From positions 19,096,001 to 19,160,000 of the forward strand of contig OZ365110.1 in assembly GCA_977030845.1 (NCBI GenBank): a stretch of DNA of 64,000 bases, written 5' to 3'. Numbering within the stretch: position 1 is the stretch's first letter; the number at the start of each line of letters is the position of its first letter. This document shows, piece after piece, positions 12,114-23,900 of the stretch. Below the pieces are notes generated by a model. That model did not search any database, had not been told where the DNA came from, and saw nothing but the letters and a program-made list of their open reading frames with translations. The DNA is from Fimbriosthenelais zetlandica. Lineage: Eukaryota. The position numbers and the translations under genes are program-made.

Positions 12114-15100
12114 TCCTTTAATAAGAGCTTTAAAGCTGGAAGTACTGATCCCTTATTGAGAACCTGGTTTGGTTTATCACGATGCGATTATCAAATGGAT
12201 GTCCATGGTAGAGGTCAATGGAGGCAACCATATAATGTTACTCCCATGACCATCTTCTATACAGACCGTTCAGGGAATCCACATACTGTAGATTATAGTT
12301 CTAAATCTGATGGTAAGTGGTACCCCTCAAAAGTACTTACCTCAATACCAAATACTCTGAGAATGTTTCTTACACTAGATAGGCCTATAGTTTAGTGGAT
12401 ATTGTCAGTTAGCTGAGAAATAAATTATATGTATTGTTAGAATATTCAAGGTGTCTTATATTATATTGCAGATACAAAATGTGTATTGCATCTTTCACAT
12501 ATATTACAGGTCGACTTTGCTCTTATCCTGTGTTATGTGCACAGTCTGTAAACTGTATAGAAGTTACAGGATTATAGATTTAGAACTACACGGTAGTCAT
12601 TTGTATTATGGTGGCTCCAGGGTATATCTATCCCCATGTTTATGAATATTCACAGCATGTGTAAAATGCAGTTACTGTTGTGGATTATACAGTCATATAA
12701 ATTTGGATCCTGTAGAATTCACTATTCCATCCTCTTTCATCTCCATGTAATGATATATGAAATATTAAATTATATAATATTAGTTGTGCAACCTAGATAG
12801 TAAAACAGCAGCAGAACTCTGGTGAAAATATTACTTAACTTCTTAAACAAACCACTCGGGTTTATGACTGTATAATACAGATACAAGTATGCAAAAACAA
12901 TTGGATTTGTACCTTTTAAATGCTTGGTAGGCAGCTTTTCATAAAATTTAAATACGTCATACATTATAGGAAACTAAAAAGTTAGTGAGCTATTGCCTTT
13001 TTCGTCCTGGACAAAGATGGTAATCTGGACAAAGATGGTAGTCTGTAATATTCTAATAGATGTGCATCAATTTGCTTTTTGTATCAACATTTTGGACATA
13101 GATCTATATTTATGTACAAGTAATGGTAATGTAATCGGGGCCTTAGTATAATACTTTGTAGTAACTGTGACATTATAACATGTTGTAAGGTTATGTAAAA
13201 GGGAAGTGTTTACAATACTACCTCGACATCTTTCAGAGTTTTCTGTCCTGACTGAATAACCATTTTGTTTTGCTTGATTTCGATATCTTGCATCAATATA
13301 GATGTGTGTCAATATAGGCTGGGAATAACTGTACATTGTATGCCTTATGTAAAGCTAGGGTTACATGATTGTGACAATTGATGGCCTATTAGGGATGACA
13401 ATTTACAACTGTAGAACTTTCCCTGTGATGCTTATAAATGCTCTGCATTATATCACAATCGAGTGCCTCTTTGTAATTGCACAAGTCGTAAATGTATGCT
13501 TGCAATTTCATCATATACTACTTTCTATATAATTAGGAGTCCTAACATCAATGAACGTGTGTGGACTGTATCTTAGGGTTTCTGAACTGTTGTGGGATAG
13601 GTAGTATATCCTTGTTAATCATACAGATGATGCTTGAAAGAATCTATCCCATTTTCAGGATGTATGGCTTGTGTATAATGCCATTAGTTCGCCGATTTGG
13701 TGGTTTCTGTTGTCTATTTACATTCCAATGGATTAAAGCGACCATAATGTCACCATAATCCACTGGAATGAAATCCCACAAATCAGACGTGTACTAAAGA
13801 GTCCTCACATCGTAAAGCCTCTGAGGTGTTAAAAAATACCACAGATGAAGTTATTTACTAAAATAAACACCTCTCAGGCTTCACTCATGCATCCTGTCTT
13901 TGTCCACTAAATGGTCATACATGTAGAGTTTATTGAGTACATAACGGCCTGCATTTTTTGAAACAGTGCAAGGGATTGTGTGATATTTTGAGAGGTTCCA
14001 TCTTGTCATAAATTTTACTGAAAGGGATTGTGATTTGAAAGACATGCTTTCCTGATGATACAACTATTTATGTGTGATTCTGTGTATCTTGCATTATTAT
14101 GCATTATCAATTGTATAATTTATACTGGATTTTATTATTTAAATTTGCTCAATGCTGTTGCTGAGAGAGATTACATCACAAGCTATTCGTGTGTCCATTT
14201 GAGATATTTATAAATGCGAAATATTGCACTACTTCAAACTTGAAGAGAGCTGAATATTATAGTTGTCTTGGATAGTAGAGAAGCTTGTTAGGCTAATGTC
14301 TTGATTTGCAAGAATGTTTCAAATATTAACATACGTGGTACTTGAACCTATAGTCCCTTCGGGGCCAGATTCACACTGCGAAATGAAAGTCATTGAAATA
14401 ATATGATATTGTTCACTGTTACCCCCAGGACTGCTTCAAATAGGTTGGATCTTTACAAATGATTAGTGTGTAAAGTGGAATGGCTATACTGCAATATGTG
14501 GTGAATATGATGTGATGATATTTTTTAATTATTTGATCTCTTCGATTCATACTTATTATATTTATATAAATTTGTGAATTGAAACATAATATTGTCTGCG
14601 TGCATGTGGAAGGCATAATATAGAAGTATAATGGAAGCCATATACAATGACATGTAGTATGCATGTTATGATCCATGCTTGAAACCAACGAGTATAGTAT
14701 ACTCGTTGTTGAAACTATACATAAAAAGTTAAGAATAATTAATGCAGTGGAACTGCAAGATGCCTACTATTAAGACTTCTGTACAATCATTAATCTCTCA
14801 ATAATTTCCTTACAGTCGTTCTAAGTACACAGTAAACATTAGTTCCTTATTTAGGAAGTCAAAATCGGTATCGCTGGAACTGTTAATTAATGGTGGAAAT
14901 CACTAGTCTTCTAAATGAGTTCCGGGAGTAAATTACAACATAGTGGATGGGCAGGTAGGCATGAATCATTGGGCTTGGGACATTGTGAGTAGTATATAAT
15001 ATATCAATTATCTATTGCCTATACAAACATAATACTCCATTATCTTTAGTGGATATAATGGGAGTCCTCAAAAATCATCTTATCTATTTCCTAGCTTCCT

Positions 15101-15580
15101 GTGCGTGAAGTGCACATTTCATTAGAAAATAAAAATCTTCTGTGTTCATTGGTTCTTTCTTGTTATTCGGGAAAGGTATCTGATTGCATACAATACAATA
15201 TTAGGCCAGTATTTTTACCTTGAAAACCCCGTTGCAGCAAAATAAAAAATAGAAAGGTTTATGCATTAGATGGCGCCAGTAGAGACAGTGTGAGTAAACT
15301 ACAGTTCTATGGTAAAACCTCCTGTTTTGCCACTTGGGGTCGTGGCCAATTTGCTTCGCATGTATGAGAACCCTTATCCACATGTTTAGGCTAGAAATAA
15401 ATAAATGATGGGGGCCTAGTAATGTCACTAGTCAATCAATGGCAAGTCTATGCTATTCTTATCTAGACCTGGATTATTTATATTCATAAACGGGCCAGGT
15501 ACAGAGTTTTCTAGGTCATACAAATTCTACTGTTTATCTTTCGCAAAGTTTAGACTAAATGTATAATCACATTTTCTAAA

Positions 15581-18500
15581 ATGTGTTGTTCTGAGGAACC
15601 ATTTAAGAATACCGTCAGAGGTATTGTATTTTTCTTCAATTTCTTTTTCTGGGTAGGTACCTGTTAGTTCATTTTGTGACGTTTACCATTAAGTTAATTG
15701 CAACGACTAGAAGACGTGTAGGCCTACTGGTATTAGTTCAAGATGTTACTTATTAAGCCTGGTTTTAGGTTTCTCAAATAAATTGAGTATTCTGTACATG
15801 AATCTGGAATTCAAAAAGTATTTTCTACTACATGAATACGCTATTTAAATCTCCAAGTTTTAAATGTAGGAAGAATCTATACAAAATCAAATCCGATAAA
15901 TAGAATCAAAGTTAAATATAGATGTACATAAGTTATTGACTCTCATGCATCATTAGGTTGCTGGATGTGCTCTGATAGCGGCAGGAGTTTGGGCCTTCTA
16001 TGAAAAGAGGCGTTTTGACATCATAGAGGTGAACATGAGTTTATTCATTATAATTGTCTTTAGAATAATCATTTATGTATGAACAACATAGAAAAAGAGC
16101 AAAAAATAAAAATAATAATAATTATTTATGTATGGAGAATCTTCATGCATGCCCTCATAAAAACCTCAATTTCATATCCCATGCAGTATAAATGTGAACT
16201 AACCGATTGAAAAGTGATGTTTTTTTCGTTCCAGGTTACAAGTATTTACGATGTGCTTTTTGATGCATCTATTGTTCTTATGGTCCTGGGTAGCATCGTC
16301 TTCATAATCACTTTCTCTGGATGTGTTGGTGCTCTCAGGGAGAATATTTGTCTCATCAAAACGGTAATTCAGCTGCATGATTTCAAAGTTTGAAATACAC
16401 AAATCCAAGTTTCCTATTATAGAGTAATCACCACCAGTGAAGATTTAATATTCTCTCATCTCCTCTCCTCAACATTCAATATTCTCTCAGATTCACTGAT
16501 GAAGACGTACATTAATTTGTATATGAGCAGTTTCTGATTCTGTTTCAGTATATAACACTTTTAGTTATATTGTTGATTCTCCAAATCGCCGGTGGCGTGG
16601 TGATCTTCATATTCAGAGGTAAAATAGAGGAGGCGGTGACAAAGACTCTTGCGGAAGAAGTACTCGTGAGGTATAGAGATGATCCTGATCTCCAAAACAT
16701 CATTGACTGGACCCAGGAAGAGGTAAAGCACTGACTCCACAAAGCGGACTGGTTGTGCGCGGATTAAATCTGCTGGAAAAGAGTGGGGTGGGGGGAATGC
16801 TTTTGGAAATTAAAAAGTCAAATGCTGACTTCAAATTTGTCCATCCGCTATGTGGAGACAGCACTTAAGTTTTTACTTCAGGTCGATCAAAAGGTTCTAT
16901 CTTTTTAGGTTTGGATCGATCCTTCCAACCTTTCCTGGTCCAATTTGAAGTCTTATATCTCTTACATATATATTCCAAGCAATATTCCATGGACAAATTT
17001 AACATCATCTTCTTTTCTTTTCTTTCTGCACTGTGCACGTAACTACAGTTCCAGTGCTGCGGTGTGGGATACAAAAGCTATCTTGATTGGTCGAAGAATC
17101 CATATTTTAATTGCACAGACATTAATCCAAGTATAGAGAGATGTTCTACTCCATATTCCTGTTGTCGGGATGCAGATAATTTTGAGGTGGGTATTAAAGA
17201 TTCCCTATCTATTATAGGCTATTGTCACCTTCATCCTTGCCACTGGCATGGTAGGTTGCTGGTATCGAAAGCACACGACTCTTAAAGAGGCTCTATCATG
17301 GAGGCTCAATGAACACTATTAGACGCCCTAAGTCCTTACATTTTTGGACGACCGTACCAAGATTTAAGTATGGATGAATTTTATAATCATTTTGTGTCCG
17401 CAGATAGTACTGAAAACTAAGTACGACTATCCTAAGATTTAAGGACGTAATTAAAAGGAAGGACCTACTTACATCTGGGGACGGTAGACCTATGACGTCA
17501 CTCGAAATGAAGGCCTTCCTGCGTGGCGCTCAGTGCAACTCTGAAATTTTGAAATAATTATTAGGGCGAAATAAATAATCCATATACCAAATTTGATAAA
17601 GATTCATCAAGGGGTTGCAAAGATACAGCATGGGTCGAAAACGACCCCTCTAGGAACATATGGAGTCACATTATAATAGGTAGTGGAGGGAGATAGCCCT
17701 TAAACGACCAAGTGAGGACGTAATATATCCAGTACCTTAGGTCAATTATAATAGGTAGTGGAGGGAGATAGCGCCTAAACGACCAAGTAAGAAAGTAATA
17801 TATTCATTACCTTGGATCAATTATAATAGCTAGTGGAGGGAGATAGCTCCTAAACGACCAAGTGAGGACGTAATATATTCATTACCTTGGATCAATTATA
17901 ATAGGTAGTGGAGGGAGATAGCGCCTAAACGACCAAGTAAGAAAGTAATATATTCATTACCTTGGATCAATTATAATAGCTAGTGGAGGGAGATAGCTCC
18001 TAAACGACCAAGTGAGAAAGCAAAATATCCATTAATTTAGATCAATTATAATAGGTAGTGGAGGGAGATATCCCCTAAACAACAAAGTGAGAAAGTAATA
18101 CATCCAATACCATTGATCAATTATAATAGGTAGTGCAGGGACTAAACGATCAAGGGAAAACGTGATATATCGAAAACCATTATGTAGTGGCAGGAGATGG
18201 TATATATCGTGGTATTTACCTATAAGAAGTAGAAGTATATTCTAGGGGCAGAGATTAATCAATAAATGCGGACTTTCTGTTTAGAAAATATTTTTAAAGT
18301 GAAATATTTATCATATTTTAAATTTTAATTGTATTTCTCACCTGTAATAGGTGAAAATGGAGGTCCCGTGACCTCAAACTCCAGGTAGTCATGGCAACTT
18401 CTCTTATGTTAAGGAGGTAGCCCTGACTAACGGTGTAAATGGATTAATATTTGTAGTTAACTCAGTAAAATATCCATCTTCATGAACATGAATGCATAAC

Positions 18501-19202
18501 TATTTAATCCATTAAAGTGTATCATCTTTTCTGTCATAATTTGTGATGAAATGATCTTGATATTCTTTTTAGAAAGGCCTTCCAAATAGTTTCTGTGCAT
18601 ACGGCGTGCAACGATATAATGTAGGTACAACCCTTTTTCAATGATAGGCCTAGTTCTGAAGTATCATATTTTTATTCGGATTCGAAAAGGTCTCATTATT
18701 GGGGTTAGATTTAACGAGACTAATAAATATAGACTTTCACAAGTCACAATTCCGATATAGCATATTATTGTCATTGGGCAATATGAATGAAGAATCTGGT
18801 CCAGGGATCCTATTAGAAGAGAGGTGTGCCAAATATAACCCCTATTGTTACGATTATATATACGAGGCCCAGTTATAAACCACTGTCATAGGTGTGCTGA
18901 CACTAACACTAATTTTGCAGAAATTCACAGCTGCTGATACGGTATATGTACAAGGATGTGTGCAAGCATTAATTACTGCAGTGAAAACCAATTTTAACAT
19001 TGTTGGAAGTCTTGTCATTGGAGTGGCAGGATTGCAGGTATTTAAACCTTGTATTATACTCCAAACATATAATGTCAAGACTTGTTTTAGATTTTAAAAA
19101 TATTTTCCTAACATATAACTGAAATACGTTCCTTTATTATTCCAGGCTCTTGCTGCTATGACAGGAGTATTATTAGTGAATGAGATACCAAGATATTATT
19201 GA
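15581..19202 (+). CDS. Tetraspanin, TspanC8 subgroup (TSPAN5/14/15/17/33-like), 268 aa
   Basis: Eight exons: 15581-15652, 15957-16028, 16235-16363, 16549-16722, 17049-17186, 18573-18620, 18921-19037, 19146-19202; all GT-AG, all phase 0. Motifs FNFFFW, GCVGALREN, YRDDPDLQNIIDWTQEEFQCCG, YLDWSKNPYFNC, ERCSTPYSCC; eight Cys in the large extracellular loop; four TM helices. Confidence 0.95.
17670..18145. repeat. 75-bp minisatellite, about 6.3 copies, in tetraspanin intron 5
   Basis: TTATAATAG(G/C)TAGTGGAGGGAGATAG recurs at 17671, 17746, 17821, 17896, 17971, 18046 and (partially) 18121. Confidence 0.95.
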
Positions 19203-19296
19203 TTCGAATTACATGTATTTGTATTATCGGGACTAGTCTCGAGTAGAAGGATTAACGTACGTTTTTCATAGACTTGATCACCATTGGTTTGTTGTC

Positions 19297-19302
19297 AATA
19301 AA
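19297..19302 (+). terminator. Candidate polyadenylation signal of the tetraspanin gene
   Basis: AATAAA about 95 nt after the stop codon; position only, no transcript data. Confidence 0.45.
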
Positions 19303-20080
19303 AATAATTCACAAAATGTACTGATCCTGACTGATTCACTAAAATCAACAGTATAATATACCGGCCCTTTTATAAATAGATTTTTTCAAATAAAACTTTA
19401 ATCTTAAAACATTCTAAGTTAACCAACAAAAGAATCAATATAACTTGGTTTTGCCTGAACATCCCAGCATACCACTTGATGTTCGAAAAACGTTTTGAGA
19501 ACATTTTCCTAAATTTCTCCTGTCTGTTTTAAGTAGATTCATAGAAAGATGTACATGTGTACATGTAATGTTCAGGAAATTTGTCCCATGTTTTCATGTC
19601 AGCATACCAAGTCGATCGGGTATCGGGTAGCACCTTCATGTAAACACCTTCACCTTCATAGCAAACAATCCAAAATGGCCAGAGTATTTTTTTCCTTTTT
19701 TTCTGCTAAAAAAAACAACATTCTCAAGCATGAACCTGTCTTGGAATGAAATGTGGTAATCAATTATAAGTGAGAACACCAATTACAATCGTTTAGCCCA
19801 CCTTCTATAAGTTTAGTTGCCTTTAGAAATGGCTGTTTACACAATATATAACAATATTTCACAAAATCCACAAATAGATTAAGACGGGCAGAAGCGTATT
19901 TACCACAAACGTATATGTTCAAGTTAAGCATCTATGTGCAATGTTTGCTGTCATTGTCAGATATGCAGCATGTCTACAGTTTTCCTAGTTGGTAGACATC
20001 TGTGTTGATATTAAGATCAGTTTAACGTTATCAGAGTCCATGTATCTTTTATTTCTTTCTAAGATTACTTGATATGTAAG

Positions 20081-20104
20081 GAGAGAGAGAGAGAGAGAGA
20101 GAGA
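20081..20104. repeat. (GA)12 microsatellite
   Basis: Direct reading of the sequence. Confidence 0.95.
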
Positions 20105-20932
20105 CAGTTCTACATTTACAGCAGACCTGTACCTGTCACAAGCCGTAAAATTAACCAAAATAACGTACAAAATATAACATTTTGCTTACCCAACTTTTAG
20201 TTGTTCCAATTTGGTGGTTTTATAGAAATAGATTTGACTTGATCAGGCTTGGAATAGATTTTCCAGCCAGGCAGAGTGTAGTCCAAGCTGAAACTTTCTA
20301 TAACTATTAAGTACATGTATGGTGCACTCGCTGGCCCTGAGGGCTTCTGGGTAAAATGCTTTAAAATCGATCAGGTGACCAATGGTCATAAGGTCAAACA
20401 ATAAATGATCTAATCTCCTATCAGAGCGAATTGCAATTTGGTTTGGTATAATTATAGGCAGGCATATGGCTATGTCATGGAAAGCTATTTGTATACATAC
20501 AATCTTCAGGGCGCTAAATACTGGGGGGCTTGGCCTATACATAATGGGCAGGAGGGGCCTATCTTATTAGGCATCATCTATAGGAATAGCTATATAGTAT
20601 TAATTTATCAAGACGCGTGATGGTGGTCTATCCCAAATTATAACATTTGTATAAATTTGTATATACAACAAACAACGACATGTCATGATAATATCTGTCA
20701 AGATACGATCTACGAATATTCAACATCAGTAGAATGGGGGCAGCAGCGGCAACGGCGGCAATGACATCAGTTGCATCAACAACTTGAAGAGAGCGTGGCA
20801 TCATAAGCAAAGCATCCCGCTTGGCTATAAGGCGCATATCACAGGTAGAGAAGGTGCCACGGAAGGCAGAAGAGAAAGCATCTTTTCCTACATTGTTCAA
20901 GGGGCAGAAAAATTATTCTCGAGCAGTGGAAA

Positions 20933-23900
20933 ATGGCAAGTATAAACGACACATTTTGTCTTTAAAACCCCTTGAATAATTCCGAGAGTCTGACAGACAT
21001 AATATTCCTGTGTAGTATTGAAACATTATTTTCATTCAGGATCCCCCTAGTCCATGGGCTTGTTGTTGGCTGATCATGTCGACCATTTGCTTCAACTTGT
21101 GAAAGCCATGACCGCTACTTTAACATTATGTGTTTCATATTGATTTTCTAGCATGGTCAGATTCACGACTGTTTGCGTATATTGGCGCTGAAATTCTTCG
21201 GCAAAGAAATATGGAAGAAAATACTGTTAGTACATGCATGAAGCTTAGAGTAGAATGATTGATTTAAGAATGAATCAACCAAAATTGAGTAATATCTATA
21301 GCTGACTTGTTATTACTATCTGAATTTCCTTTAACCTCTAGAAGAAAAAAGTTTAACGTCAGAAAAATAACAATCATAAAAGGAATTCATAGAACTATTA
21401 TTGATTCTTGCTAAGATTAATTGCGCAAACACCTTCTTTTCATGGGTCATAATGCTAGGTTGATCTTGGCATTTTCCGAACCAATCAGTCCTTTCATTGT
21501 GCCTGTTCCATAGCTAATATTTGTCTGCTTTTCGGCAATAGGATCGAAGCTAATGCCAGTGATGAAAAGGATTTCCTAAAACTGCGCCATTACGATGATG
21601 AGTTCACTCTTAGACTTTTCCGATGCACCTCTATTGTTCTTGGTTTGTATTACAATATCCCATTACTCCATGGTCAATAACAGCAAGAAACTAAAAGAGT
21701 ATAAAAGAGTATCAACTGACGCTTAAAAGTGCGACAAAACGTATGATGGAGATAAGACAATTTCCTGCAAACAGTACTTGAAAGGCTGGCATAATTCCAT
21801 TTTAACGTTTGTAAGAGGTGTTATCAAATTTAGTATAACATATGATCTTATAATGATCTAAAAAAAACTCTTTTGTTTGCTTTTAAGGTATATCATATGA
21901 CGACACTCTGATGACTTATGGCAAGTACTTCATTCAGTATGCCATGGACCTTGGTTATGCGAAAATGTTGCAGTCTTTGGGACAAAGATTTCCAGATTTC
22001 ATTGAAAATCTGGACACAGTCCACACATTATTGGCCATATCCTACCATAACATAGTTCCCCCTCAATTCAGGTGAGTTTTGTATATTTATCAGTCATTAA
22101 TTTGTATGGCTAAATGCCTCCCTCAAATTAAATGCCTTCTTCCACCTCAAATCCATTAGCCATCTCGACCTCTGTACATACATAATCGACGACCTAGTTC
22201 AATAGTCTCCACACTTCATTGATTTTAAGAGGGCATTTGAGAACCTCTGCACACATCCCTTCCTCTCTTGCTAGTTATATTATTATTAGTCAATCATTTG
22301 TCTTCATACATTAACTCATATCACACCTTGTCAGGCCAGTTTTGCATTGGGATCATTGCAGCTAATTGGTGTCTGTTGCAAATATATCGATATTATATCC
22401 ACCAGTCCCATTGTCATTTTCATTTCATTTCATTTCATTTCAAATTTTATTTAGCGTCGGTGCGTTTACAGAAAAAAGAACTTCAATCTATTCAGACGAC
22501 AAGGTAACATGTTACAAAGAGAATAGCGTTATATCACAATTTTAAGATATTATATATCACCCAAGGCTCCATTCTCTCCCTTGTAAACAGTCCTCAATCG
22601 CTCGATGCAACTCCTTAACACAAACCATGTTTGTGTCTCAGTCATATCCTCTCCCTTTCAAAGTATCCATCAGGATTAAACTTCCTTGCATAATAGGTCC
22701 GATTATCACGCATGCTTCTGTTGCTTGGAACCAAAGACCAAGTACAAAAGTCAAAGGAGGGACCAATCTTAAATTGAATAATCATTGTCCAATATGCATA
22801 TATGGTTGCATGACAAAGTCATGATTCATGGTGTTTGTTTTTGGTGTAGACGTAATCAATATAATGAACAACCGAACATGTATGCACAATATCATGGTAA
22901 AACCAAAAGCTTTAGACATTGACATGCATCATTGTGTCTCCTTTTATTTGTCTGTATGCATAATCATGCATCTAGGGCATACATCCATCAATACCATCTA
23001 GAATTCTGGGCATATGTCAGCTAATGTACAATATGATATCAGTGCATGATAATTTCTGAATATACAATTATTACAGTTGCGCATTGTTTATCGACAATCA
23101 TGTTTGAACATTTATTCACTGAGAAATATATGCCAGCAGTGGACTGGCCAGAGGTTGCTCGCCGCTCATGCACTCGTACAAGCCTGTAAGCCCAAAGACT
23201 TTCAGATTCCACGACTGCATGGTAGATATAGTGGGGAAATCAGAGTGAACAATGGCAATGTGCAGACATGTATTCCTAGATAAAATGTGGAATGTGAGAA
23301 TCGGGAATATGTCCCTGTCCTCTTCCCAGTCTGCACAGTTACATTTTCGCTTGCCACTCAAAATCCTCTGCATATTGGAATAGCCTAATCTACCCCGATA
23401 TCTACTCCTTTCACATATTGCCCTCACACCTTTCAATGGATGTGAATATATAATTGTCATACAATAGTTATCCTTTCAGCTGTCACAGCTACACCTTTCA
23501 ATTGGTTTGAATATACATGTATTTTGTTGGATATTGTTATCCATCAAAATGTCCTCACATTTATATTCACTCCATTAATGTGACGCATTTAGGAACATTC
23601 GTGAGAACCTACTCGGCCTGTCCTATAATAATTCACAAAACAACAATTAACCCTTTCCAGACGAGTAATGCTTGTATGCACTCCCGTAACCTGGCCGAGT
23701 AATGCATATAATGCATCATGAACTCATAGCGTTACGAAAAACCTCGGCCTTCATGAACATGCATAATTTGTTCGCTCGCCTGCATGGAAAGGGTTAAGTG
23801 CATGCACGCATAGGAAGCTTGTGTAAACATGTATGAGAATACATTGAGGTAGAGGGCAAATGACAAGCTTAATGCCTATCACTGAGAGACACACTGACAG

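Noticed and set aside
17633-17654. Hairpin + CTAG as a Helitron 3' end
   Set aside because: CTAG is only 2 nt from the hairpin and is followed by G rather than T; no matching 5' TC end was identified.
17671-18145. Regularly spaced repeats resembling a CRISPR array
   Set aside because: Whole 75-bp units are repeated with no unique spacers, they lie in a spliceosomal intron, and there are no cas genes.
20628-20900. 90-aa minus-strand ORF upstream of sGC
   Set aside because: Antisense to the GC-richer putative 5' UTR; no splice signals or recognisable motif.
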